Source: Myxococcota bacterium (GTDB lineage: Bacteria; Myxococcota_A; UBA9160; UBA6930). From it: 64,000 nt of DNA. The position numbers and the translations under genes were made by a program. Location of the stretch: positions 17,825 through 81,824 of the forward strand of contig JANQOX010000026.1 in assembly GCA_028285625.1 (NCBI GenBank), written 5' to 3'. Positions 35,764 through 44,399 of the stretch are shown here, in pieces. Each line of letters starts with the position of its first letter. Positions within the stretch are counted from its first letter, which is position 1. The notes beneath the pieces were generated by a model. That model was not told where the DNA came from, made no database searches, and saw nothing but the letters and a program-made list of their open reading frames with translations.

Positions 35764-37314
35764 ATGTCCTGGTCTCGGGCCCTGGCGGCCGTGGGCGCCT
35801 CGGCGGTGCTGTTCGCGCTCGCGTACCCGCCCGTGTCGCTGCGCCCGCTCGCGTTCGTGGCCCTCGCGCCGTTGTTCGTCGCGTTGCGCACCGGCGGCGC
35901 CTGGCGCGCCGTGCTGCTTGCGGGGATCTGGGCGCAACTCACGTCCTACCTCGTGGGCGATGCGCTTCCCGCGTCGGTCGAGCGCTACTTCGCGCAGCCG
36001 CCGCTCGCGAGCTTCGGGTTCGCCTCGCTCGTCTTCCTGGTCACCGCCAGCATCTACTTCCTGCCGCTCCCGCTGGTCTACCGCCGGCTGGCGCGACGGG
36101 GGCCGGGACCCTGGCTGCCCCTGGGCGTCGCGGCCGCGTGGGCGGCGATCGAACTGGCACGGGCTCGGCTGGCGACGGGGACCGCCTTCTGGGGCGCCCC
36201 CTGGGCGCTGTTCGGCTACTCCCAGGTGGGCTTCGACCCGCTGGTGCAGGTGGCCTCGCTCGGGGGCACCTACCTCGTGAGCTTCGTGCTGGTGGCGCCC
36301 TCGGCCGCGCTCGCCGAGTGGTGGCTGGCGCGGGGCACCGCGGGGGCAAGGCCCGCGCGCACGGCCATCTGGATCTCGTTCGCACCGGCGCTACTCGCGC
36401 TCGTCTACGGCGGTGTCGTACTGCAGCGTGCGGAGCTTCCCGATCCGTCCACCGAGGTCTCGGTGGGGGTGGTGCAGGCCGACGTCCAACTCAACGTACA
36501 ATGGCGGCCCGAGAAGACGGGGCGCAATCTCGACGCCTACCTCGACCAGAGTGCCGAGCTGCTGGCGGGCGGGGACGTCGACGTGGTGGTCTGGTCGGAG
36601 TCGTCCATGAGCTTCCACCTGGACCGCTCACCGGCATTCCTGCGTTCGATTGCGCGCACGCTCTCGCGCGGCGACGCCGAGTTGCTGGCCGGAGGCCCAA
36701 GCGGCGTGGATGGCGAGCCGCCGCGCTACCACAACAGCGTATTCGCCGTATCTCCCGTCGGTGAGATCACCGGGCGCTACGACAAGCAGCGCCTGGTTCC
36801 CTTCGGCGAGTTCGTCCCGCTCCAGCAGCTCGACATCATGCGGAGGCGCTTTGCAGGCACACGCTCGTTCTCGCCGGGCGGCGAGGCGGTGCTGCTGCCC
36901 ACGCGAGCGGGGCCCGCAGGCGTGCTCGTGTGCAACGAGGCCATGCTTCCGAGCATGGCGGGCCTGCGTGCGCGCGCGGGCGCCACCTGGCTGGTCAGCC
37001 CGTCGAACGACTCGTGGATCGCACGCGAGCGATGGGCGCGCATGACCTTCGATCTGGTGTCCATGCGCGCCGTCGAACAGCGGCGCTATCTGGTGCGGGC
37101 GTCGAGCTCCGGTCCCTCCGGCGTGGTCGACCCCTACGGGCGCGTGCTCGCCCGCACGCGCGCGGCCAGCGAAGCCCTGGTCTCGGGGCCGGTACGGCCG
37201 ATGCACGCCCTCTCGGTCTACGGGCGGGTCGGCGACCTGTTCGCGCTGCTTTGCGCGGCCATGGTGGCCATTGCCCTGGTCGCGGTGGGGCGCGCGCCGA
37301 AGCGCGAGACCTAG
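35764..37314 (+). CDS. lnt: apolipoprotein N-acyltransferase
   Basis: ORF 35596..37314 trimmed to ATG 35764. N-terminal TM bundle followed by a CN-hydrolase domain with the E-K-C triad contexts VVWSESS, YDKQRLVPFGEF and VLVCNEAM. Confidence 0.92.
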   Translation: MSWSRALAAVGASAVLFALAYPPVSLRPLAFVALAPLFVALRTGGAWRAVLLAGIWAQLTSYLVGDALPASVERYFAQPPLASFGFASLVFLVTASIYFLPLPLVYRRLARRGPGPWLPLGVAAAWAAIELARARLATGTAFWGAPWALFGYSQVGFDPLVQVASLGGTYLVSFVLVAPSAALAEWWLARGTAGARPARTAIWISFAPALLALVYGGVVLQRAELPDPSTEVSVGVVQADVQLNVQWRPEKTGRNLDAYLDQSAELLAGGDVDVVVWSESSMSFHLDRSPAFLRSIARTLSRGDAELLAGGPSGVDGEPPRYHNSVFAVSPVGEITGRYDKQRLVPFGEFVPLQQLDIMRRRFAGTRSFSPGGEAVLLPTRAGPAGVLVCNEAMLPSMAGLRARAGATWLVSPSNDSWIARERWARMTFDLVSMRAVEQRRYLVRASSSGPSGVVDPYGRVLARTRAASEALVSGPVRPMHALSVYGRVGDLFALLCAAMVAIALVAVGRAPKRET

Positions 37315-37324
37315 CGCGTCGCGC

Positions 37325-38275
37325 CTACGCGTCGGGCTCGCCGGGATCCGTCATCACGTACTCGGCGAGCCGTCTCCAGCCGGGCCCCGCCGCGTAGGCC
37401 ACGCCGAGCAGGCGCTCGGCACGCGCGCGGTCGCCCGCACCGAGCAGGGCGATCCCGGTCCAGAAGGCGATCTCGGGCTGGTCCGGGGCCAGCCGAGTGG
37501 CTTCCTCCGCGTGGGTTCGAGCCTCTTCCACGCGGCCGGTTCCGGCCGCGGCCATGGTCGCGCGCATGGCATCATAGGCTCGAGCGCGGACCAGCAGACG
37601 CCGAAGCTCGATCAGGGGCTCCGTGTGGTCGTCGACGCGCACGTCGAGCAGGCGCCCCGCCGACGGATCACCGCCGCGCTCGCCCGCCACGACCAGCAGC
37701 GCCGCACTCTGCTTGCCGCGCATGTCGCCCCCACGTGCCTCGCCCGCGTCGAGTGCATCCATCATCCGCTCGGCCAGTGGGCCTCGAGAAGACGCGTACG
37801 CATCGGCCATGGCATTCCAGACCGCATCGCTCGCGAGCATGTTGCCCTGGGATGCGAAGCCGTCGCCGATCACGCCCCCTGCCTCGGGGATGCAGCCGTC
37901 GCCGCTGTGCTGGGCCACCCCCCCTGCCGCGTCGATCAGCGCGACCTGCCGGACCGCGGCGCCGGGGTCGTCGCCGACGATGGCTGCGAGCGCATCCGCA
38001 GCACCCTCACCTCGTTCCATGCGGCCGAGTCCCTTCGGACCGTAGGCCGGGTCGACCAGCGCCTGGGTCGCCACCACACCCACGCCCGCGAGTCCCCACG
38101 GCACCGTGGCACCCACGGAGAAGTAGTGGCTCTGCACGGCGATTCCCAACGACCCGCTGTCGGGGCACCGCGCCACCAGCGAGTAGGTCGCGACGGGCGG
38201 GAACAGATCTCGGGAGGGTTCAGAGGGCGTGGGCACGGGCTCTCGGTCGCGTGGCTGGGGCCGGCATTCTATCAC
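37325..38275 (-). CDS. DUF1028 family (Ntn-hydrolase-like) protein with C-terminal helical repeat
   Basis: ...VATYSLVARCPDSGSLGIAVQSHYFSVGATVPW... is typical of DUF1028. GTG 38275 overlaps the upstream stop (GTGA). Alternative starts are TTG 38302 and GTG 38236. Confidence 0.8.
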   Translation of the reverse strand: MIECRPQPRDREPVPTPSEPSRDLFPPVATYSLVARCPDSGSLGIAVQSHYFSVGATVPWGLAGVGVVATQALVDPAYGPKGLGRMERGEGAADALAAIVGDDPGAAVRQVALIDAAGGVAQHSGDGCIPEAGGVIGDGFASQGNMLASDAVWNAMADAYASSRGPLAERMMDALDAGEARGGDMRGKQSAALLVVAGERGGDPSAGRLLDVRVDDHTEPLIELRRLLVRARAYDAMRATMAAAGTGRVEEARTHAEEATRLAPDQPEIAFWTGIALLGAGDRARAERLLGVAYAAGPGWRRLAEYVMTDPGEPDA

Positions 38276-39423
38276 CCCGAAGCGGTCACCTCGGCCACGC
38301 AACGCGCAACGGCCACCAGGAGCGGCTCGTCGCGATCCTCGACGCCGAGGCGGTTCTTGACGAATCCAAAGGCCATCTGGTGTGCGCGATGGCCGCAGCC
38401 CAGGTGCCCGCCCAGCCCACCCATGCCGAACGAACCGTGGGCATCGGACTGCACACCCAGTGCCCAGGGAGCGCGCTCGCCGAACACCAGATCGACCTCG
38501 TCGCGCTGGACCTCGAGCATGGCGTCAATCGTCGAGGGGGAGACCAGGCGGGTGCCTTCGAGGGCGCCGCCTCCTGCCAGCAGTGCGTGGAAGCGCGCCA
38601 CGCCGCGAGCACTTCCATGGCCGTTGATCGCCGGAACCAGGGCCGCGCGGAAGGCGTCGCCGTTGATGAAGTCGGGATCGACGAGCCCCGGCGGGTTGTC
38701 CCAGGACTCGGCGAGCAGGGGGGTGCGGGTGCGCGCCATCTCGCGCAGCGCGCCGTCGTCGAAGCCGAGCATGTCGGCGCAGCGTGCGCGCAGGCGCGCA
38801 TCGAGCCCGAAGTGGAAGTCGATGCCCAGGGGCGCGGCCACCTCCTCGCGAAAGAACGTACCGAGATCGCGGCCGTCGATCCGGCGCACGACCTCGCCCA
38901 CCAGGTGACCGTAGAAGCGCGCCGACTCGCCGTGGGCCGTTCCCGGTGCGAAGCGCGGCGTCGCCTGCTCGAGCGCCGTGACGATGCGGTCCCAGTCGAG
39001 GACGTCCTCGGCGGCCAACGGCTCGTCCACGGCCGTCACGCCCGCCTGGTGACACAGCACCTGCCGCACGGTGATCGCCTGCTTGCCCTTCGCGGCGAAG
39101 CCCGGCCAGACCGAGGCCACGGGGGCTTCGAGGTCGAGCGCTTCACGATCCACCAATACCATCGCGCAGAAGGCGACCATGGCCTTGCTCACCGAGTACG
39201 GCATGCAGAGCGTGTCGCGACCGAAGGCACGGCTGCGCGCGCCGTCGGCGTGGCCGCCGGCCAGATCCACCACGACGTCGCCCCGGTGCCGGACGCAGAG
39301 CGACGCACCCACTTCGCCGGGCGCCGCGAGCACGTCGTCGAAGGCCCGGGCGACGCGCTCCCAACCGGGCGCGACCTCGCCTTCCACGGCGGCCTTCGCG
39401 GGCGAGGCGCCCTGGGCGGTCAC
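38272..39423 (-). CDS. serine hydrolase, beta-lactamase/esterase (class C-like) family
   Basis: C-terminal 383 codons of tracked ORF 38272..40044. The SxxK motif is YSVSK. ...GWERVARAFDDV... GTG 39423 overlaps the cytochrome c stop (GTGA). GTG 39387 is an alternative start. Confidence 0.85.
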   Translation of the reverse strand: MTAQGASPAKAAVEGEVAPGWERVARAFDDVLAAPGEVGASLCVRHRGDVVVDLAGGHADGARSRAFGRDTLCMPYSVSKAMVAFCAMVLVDREALDLEAPVASVWPGFAAKGKQAITVRQVLCHQAGVTAVDEPLAAEDVLDWDRIVTALEQATPRFAPGTAHGESARFYGHLVGEVVRRIDGRDLGTFFREEVAAPLGIDFHFGLDARLRARCADMLGFDDGALREMARTRTPLLAESWDNPPGLVDPDFINGDAFRAALVPAINGHGSARGVARFHALLAGGGALEGTRLVSPSTIDAMLEVQRDEVDLVFGERAPWALGVQSDAHGSFGMGGLGGHLGCGHRAHQMAFGFVKNRLGVEDRDEPLLVAVARCVAEVTASG

Positions 39424-39875
39424 CGGCGAGGCGCTGCGGGATCGGGGGCCAGGCTGCGGATGTAGGCGATCAGCAGCTCGATCTGCTCGTCGGTGAGCGT
39501 GTCTCCCCACGGCTGCATCTGGCAGATGGTCGGCTCGGCATCCGGTGTGGTCGCGCAGGCTGGCTCGTAGGCACGCACACCGTTCGTGATCACGTTGCGC
39601 AGGTCGGCGTCGGTTCCGGCCTGGCCGTCGTCGTCGGTGTCCCATCGAAACTGCGGTTTCTTGAAGTTCGGCGTGGGAAGCCCCAGCGCCTTGGCCGTCG
39701 GGCCATCGCCGCGCCCCGAGAAGCCGTGGCAACCGAGGCAATAGACCCGGTAGTGCCGCTTGCCGGCGGCCGCGCGAGCCTCGGCGTCGGCCGACCCAGG
39801 CGCCTCCGCATGCGCCGTCAGTCCGAGAGCGAGAGCGATCGTGCACACTGCGAGGTGGTGTCGGCGGCATCTCAT
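39420..39875 (-). CDS. c-type cytochrome, monohaem, secreted
   Basis: 151 aa. Signal peptide ...CTIALALGLTAHA. Haem motif CLGCH. The distal Met candidate lies in ...ICQMQPWGDTLTDEQIELLIAYIRSL. Confidence 0.88.
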   Translation of the reverse strand: MRCRRHHLAVCTIALALGLTAHAEAPGSADAEARAAAGKRHYRVYCLGCHGFSGRGDGPTAKALGLPTPNFKKPQFRWDTDDDGQAGTDADLRNVITNGVRAYEPACATTPDAEPTICQMQPWGDTLTDEQIELLIAYIRSLAPDPAAPRR

Positions 39876-39928
39876 GGCGGTGGGGTATCGTAGCTCGCCG
39901 CCGCAGCCGTGAGCTGGCGGGAGGTGCC

Positions 39929-42040
39929 ATGTCCCAGGTTCCCACGTTCTGTCGCGTCTGCGAGCCCGCCTGCGGGTTGCTGGCGCGGGTGGAGGGCGAG
40001 TCGCTCGTGGGGCTGCGACCCGACCGGGACCATCCCGTCTCCAAGGGCTACGCCTGTCACAAGGGGCTCGCCGGCGTCGAGGTCCACCGCGACCCGGACC
40101 GGCTGGATACGCCCGAGCGACGCGACGCCAACGGCCAGTTCGCCCGCGTGGGCTGGGACGACGCTCTGGCCGAGATCGCGGCGCGGCTGGCGGCCCTTCG
40201 CGATGAGCACGGACCCGAGGCGATCGGCGCCTACATCGGCAACCCGATGGCGTTCAACACCTTCGCGGGGCCCTCGGTCGGGTCGTTCCTCGGCCAGCTC
40301 GGCGTCCGGCGCGTGTACGGATCGGGCACCCAGGATTGCGCCAACAAGTTCGCCGCCGCCGAGGCGGTCTTCGGCACCAGCACGCTCCATCCCGTTCCGG
40401 ACATCGAGCACACCGACCACCTGCTGCTGATCGGCGAGAACCCTCGGGTCTCGCACATGAGCTTCTTCTCGATCGCCGACCCCCTGGGCGAGATCAAGCG
40501 TGCCGTCCGACGCGGCGCCACCGTTCGCTACCTGAACCCCAAGCGCATCGAGTCCGAGGACCGCGGGACCGGCGAGGTGATCCAGCTTCGCCCCGACACC
40601 GACGTGTACGTATTGGCGGCGATGCTGCAGACGATCTTCGAAGAAGGGCTCGAGGACGCCCGCGCACTGGATCGTCACGGTCGCCACGTGGCCGAGCTGC
40701 GCGCGTTCGTGGCCGCCTACGGGCCCGAACGAGTGGCGCCGGTGGTGGGCGTCGAGGCAGCGCGGCTGCGTGAGCTGGCCCGCGACTTTGCCACGGCCCG
40801 CCGCGCGGCGGTCCACATGTCGACCGGCGCCAACATGGGGCGACAGGGCACGTTGGCCTACTGGCTGGTGCAGGTGCTGTCGTTGGCGACCGGCAACCTC
40901 GACCGGGAGGGCGGCAACCTCTACAGCCACGGGTTCTACCCCGCCGCCAAGGCAGGCCGCACCGACCCGGCTCGTCAGTTCTTCGACGGCCCCCACGGTC
41001 GCATGCGCCGCATCCGCGGAAGCCTGCCGGGCAACCTGCTGGCCGACGAGATCCTGGGCGGCACCCCGCGGATCCGGGCACTCGTCGTGATCGCCGGCAA
41101 CCCGGTGCTTTCGATCGGCGGCGAGGCCCGCATGCGCGAGGCGCTCGAGGGCCTCGACCTGCTGGTCTGCCTCGACCTCTATCGCAACGCGACGGGCGAA
41201 CTCGCCGACTTCGCCCTGCCCTGCACCGACGCCTTCGAGCGTCCGGACGTGAATCTCACCGGCCTCGGGATGCAGTACCGCCCGTACGTCCAGTGGACCG
41301 ATGCCGTGGTCCCACCCCGCGCCGAGCGGCGGCCCGAGTGGTGGATTCTGGAGCGGCTACTGCAGGAACTCGACCTGAAGAGCGCCCTCGATGCGGGCCC
41401 CGAGCCCGATCTGTCGGGCCGACTCGCGCACATGCTGCGCTCGCGCGACCTGTCGCTCGACGACCTGCGCGAGAGCGAGCGTGGCGTGGTGTTCGAAGGG
41501 CTCGAGCCGGGGCGCTTCTTCGAGGACTGGATCCAGACGGAGGATCGGCGGGTGGATTGCCGCCCGACCCTCTTCCTGGAGGAGGGCGCAATCGACCGCT
41601 GCGAAGCGATCTTCGAAGAGCTGCTGGCAGAGGACCCGTCTGCACTCAAGCTGATCACGCTGCGCACCCCGTCGATGCACAACAGCTGGTACCACAACGT
41701 CGAGAAGCTGAAGCGACCCGGTCGGCTGTCGAACCCGCTGCACATGAACCCGGAAGACGCCCGGTCGCGAGGCCTGGCCGAGGGCGACCTCGTGACCTGC
41801 AAGAGCGCCTGGGGAGAGGTCGAGGCGGAGCTCCGGCTCGACGACACGCTGCGCGCGGGGACGGTCGCCATGACCCATGGATGGGGCCATCAGCGCGCGC
41901 CGAGCATGCGCGTGGCACAGCGCCATCCGGGTACCAACGCCAACCGCCTGCTACCCATCGGGCCGGACAGTTTCGAGCCGCTCAGCAATCAGGCCTTCAT
42001 GACGGGCATCCCGATCTCGGTCGCCCACAGCGACGGCTAG
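39929..42040 (+). CDS. molybdopterin-dependent oxidoreductase (bis-MGD/DMSO reductase superfamily), cytoplasmic
   Basis: 703 aa. N-terminal 4Fe-4S motif CRVCEPACG...ACHKG. ...GSGTQDCANKF... No Tat signal. Confidence 0.88.
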   Translation: MSQVPTFCRVCEPACGLLARVEGESLVGLRPDRDHPVSKGYACHKGLAGVEVHRDPDRLDTPERRDANGQFARVGWDDALAEIAARLAALRDEHGPEAIGAYIGNPMAFNTFAGPSVGSFLGQLGVRRVYGSGTQDCANKFAAAEAVFGTSTLHPVPDIEHTDHLLLIGENPRVSHMSFFSIADPLGEIKRAVRRGATVRYLNPKRIESEDRGTGEVIQLRPDTDVYVLAAMLQTIFEEGLEDARALDRHGRHVAELRAFVAAYGPERVAPVVGVEAARLRELARDFATARRAAVHMSTGANMGRQGTLAYWLVQVLSLATGNLDREGGNLYSHGFYPAAKAGRTDPARQFFDGPHGRMRRIRGSLPGNLLADEILGGTPRIRALVVIAGNPVLSIGGEARMREALEGLDLLVCLDLYRNATGELADFALPCTDAFERPDVNLTGLGMQYRPYVQWTDAVVPPRAERRPEWWILERLLQELDLKSALDAGPEPDLSGRLAHMLRSRDLSLDDLRESERGVVFEGLEPGRFFEDWIQTEDRRVDCRPTLFLEEGAIDRCEAIFEELLAEDPSALKLITLRTPSMHNSWYHNVEKLKRPGRLSNPLHMNPEDARSRGLAEGDLVTCKSAWGEVEAELRLDDTLRAGTVAMTHGWGHQRAPSMRVAQRHPGTNANRLLPIGPDSFEPLSNQAFMTGIPISVAHSDG

Positions 42041-42082
42041 CCGCGGCCGCGGGCCGCACCGATTCATCAACGGGGGAACGAG

Positions 42083-43990
42083 TTGCCGAGCGTCGGTTCG
42101 CGATGGCGGGCGCTGGATGGGACCGAGCGCCGGGTGGTCGCCGCGCTCGGCTTGCTGTTGCTGCTGCTGGTCGTGTACCTGGCCGCCGGCGACAACCCCT
42201 GGCACGACGGCATCGCCAAGCGGCTGCGCAAGGGCGACCCGGTGCGCTCGGTGGACTATGCCGCCACCTATGGCTGGATCATGGCGGCGATCAACGCGGT
42301 CGTGGTCCTGTGCCTGTTGCTGCTGCGCAAGCACTGGTTGCGGCCGGGCGAGACGCCGACGGGAACCCTGCTGCCTTCGCCGTCGGGCAACCCCCGCGCC
42401 TTCGGCGCGCTGCTGGTGATGGCCGTGGTCGCCGCCGGAGTCCTCGCTGCACCGCGGCTCGACGACAGCCTGTGGGGCGACGAGGAGTGGACGGTGCGCC
42501 GCGCCATCGACGGCGCCTACTACCCCCAGGACGACGGCAGTGTGGCGTACGAGCCCGTCGGCTGGCGCGAGACGTTCTTCGACTACCGGAAGCCGAGCAA
42601 CCACATGGGCTTCACCGTTCCCGCCCGGGCGAGCCTGCTCGTCTGGCGACTGGTCGCGCGGCCCGAACTCTCCTTCGTGAACGAGGCCGCCGTCCGCATG
42701 CCGGCCTTCCTGGCCGGCCTGGGTGCGGTGGCCTCCCTGGGGCTCCTGTTGCGCCGACTCGGCTTTCCGGCCGCAGGCCTGCTGGCGGCGTGGCTCCTGG
42801 CCATCCATCCGTGGGCGCTTCGCTATGCCAGTGAAGCGCGCGGCTACAGCCTGCTGGTGCTGGGCGTACCCCTCTCGTTGCTGCTCCTGCTGCGGGCGGT
42901 CGAGCGGGCGAGTTGGGGACGCTTTGCCGCGTACGGCGTGGTGCAGGCCTGGATGATGTGGACGTGGCCCCCCATCGCATTCCACGTGGGGCTGCTGAAC
43001 GTGGGCGCGCTCGCGCTGCTGCTCCACACCCACGGCTCGCCGACCCGTGCGCCCATCCCGTACGTGCGGATCGTGTTGGTGGGCGTGTTGGGTGCGCTGG
43101 TCTGGCTCCAGCTCATGCTCGGCAGCCTGATCCAGCTGGGAACGTACATGGACCGCGAGATGCTCCCGATGAACCTCGCGTGGATCCGCAACCTGCTCTC
43201 CCACCTCGTGGCGGGTGTCGGCTGGACCCCGGACTGGCCCGAATACCACGAACTCTCCGAGATCGCGTTGGCTCGGCCGGTGGCGTTCTGGGCGTTCTGC
43301 AGCGTCACGGCGGCGGCGTGGGTGCTGGGCCTGGCCCGCCTCCTGGTGGGGGGCACCGTTCGCGCCGTGACCGCCCTGGTGATGCTGCTTCCGGCTCCGC
43401 TGCTGCTGGCCTGGTCGTGGCAGCGCGGTGCATTCCTCAACCACTGGTACCTGATCTTCCTGTTGCCCTCCTGCGTGGCCTTCGTGGCGGTGGGTCTCGA
43501 GACGGCGGCCCGCGCCCTGCCCCGCTCGCTGCGCGCGGGCTCCGTGGCAGTCGTTCTGGTCGCGTTCTTCGCCGCCGCGACCGCCATCACGGTTCCGGCA
43601 CGGGTCGCCCTGCGCGCGGGGTCGCTCCAACCCATGCGCGAGTCGGTGGCCCTCACGCGATCCGAACGCGATCCAGCGGCGCCTTCGAATCGCGAGATCC
43701 TCACCGCGTCGTTCCAGCGGCCCCCGACCTACTACGACCCTCTGGTGATCGAGGTGTACGACCTCGCGAGCATGCAGGCGCTGATGGCGCGCGCGGATCG
43801 CGAAGGCCGCCCGCTGTTCGTGAACTACGGCCGACCCGGGCTCGCCCAGCGGCGCCACCCGGACCTCGTCGCACTCATGGAGCGCGCCGACCTCTTCGAA
43901 CGCGTCGCCTACCTGCCGGGCTTCGAGCCTCGCGGCATCCGGCTGGTCTACCGCTACCGGGGCGCGGCCCCGGTGCCGAGCACCCCCTGA
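42083..43990 (+). CDS. GT39/ArnT-like (GT-C) membrane glycosyltransferase family protein
   Basis: 635 aa with TTG start after CGGGGGA. Many TM helices. ...DSLWGDEEWTVRRAI...NHMGF... The family call is by pattern only. Confidence 0.65.
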   Translation: MPSVGSRWRALDGTERRVVAALGLLLLLLVVYLAAGDNPWHDGIAKRLRKGDPVRSVDYAATYGWIMAAINAVVVLCLLLLRKHWLRPGETPTGTLLPSPSGNPRAFGALLVMAVVAAGVLAAPRLDDSLWGDEEWTVRRAIDGAYYPQDDGSVAYEPVGWRETFFDYRKPSNHMGFTVPARASLLVWRLVARPELSFVNEAAVRMPAFLAGLGAVASLGLLLRRLGFPAAGLLAAWLLAIHPWALRYASEARGYSLLVLGVPLSLLLLLRAVERASWGRFAAYGVVQAWMMWTWPPIAFHVGLLNVGALALLLHTHGSPTRAPIPYVRIVLVGVLGALVWLQLMLGSLIQLGTYMDREMLPMNLAWIRNLLSHLVAGVGWTPDWPEYHELSEIALARPVAFWAFCSVTAAAWVLGLARLLVGGTVRAVTALVMLLPAPLLLAWSWQRGAFLNHWYLIFLLPSCVAFVAVGLETAARALPRSLRAGSVAVVLVAFFAAATAITVPARVALRAGSLQPMRESVALTRSERDPAAPSNREILTASFQRPPTYYDPLVIEVYDLASMQALMARADREGRPLFVNYGRPGLAQRRHPDLVALMERADLFERVAYLPGFEPRGIRLVYRYRGAAPVPSTP

Positions 43991-44000
43991 CCGGCCAGGC

Positions 44001-44378
44001 TCAGTTGGACGCGAGCGGCTGCCCCCTCCTGGCAGCGCACTCGGTGGCCTGGGTGTAGATCTCCTCGCTGCCGATCCGACAGCGCACGATCCCCTCGCTT
44101 CCCTCGCCCGGCGTGAGCGTTCTCGCGCCCGCCCACCAGGTGCGGGCCTTTTCGGCCCACTCGCCTGCGGCGGCCGTCGCCGAAGCGCCCGGCCCCGAAG
44201 CGGGCGCGGCCTCGGGCGCCTGTTGGGCCCCCTCCCGACGGCCCGCGAGCTTGTCCATGTCGGCATTGCTCTTGTCGAGCTCTCCGAGCACCCAGCAGCC
44301 GGTGTTGGCCAGGGCCAGTCCGGTGCAGAGCACGATGGCGAGGAAGCGACGCACCCCCCACTCATCGGCCGCACGCAC
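44001..44378 (-). CDS. hypothetical lipoprotein
   Basis: 125 aa. Signal peptide plus lipobox LALANTGC. Ala/Pro-rich linker. It lies 21 nt downstream of the PFK-2/FBPase-2 gene on the same strand. Confidence 0.6.
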   Translation of the reverse strand: MRAADEWGVRRFLAIVLCTGLALANTGCWVLGELDKSNADMDKLAGRREGAQQAPEAAPASGPGASATAAAGEWAEKARTWWAGARTLTPGEGSEGIVRCRIGSEEIYTQATECAARRGQPLASN

Positions 44379-44399
44379 CGAGGCCTTGTGTGACGCCCC

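Noticed and set aside
23423-43990. The polytopic membrane proteins (23423..25051 and 42083..43990) as candidate exosortases for the PEP-CTERM-type tails.
   Set aside because: Both are roughly twice the size of exosortases. They have large soluble domains and GT-C-like features, and I could not find the exosortase Cys/Arg/His signature. The sorting enzyme is presumably encoded elsewhere.
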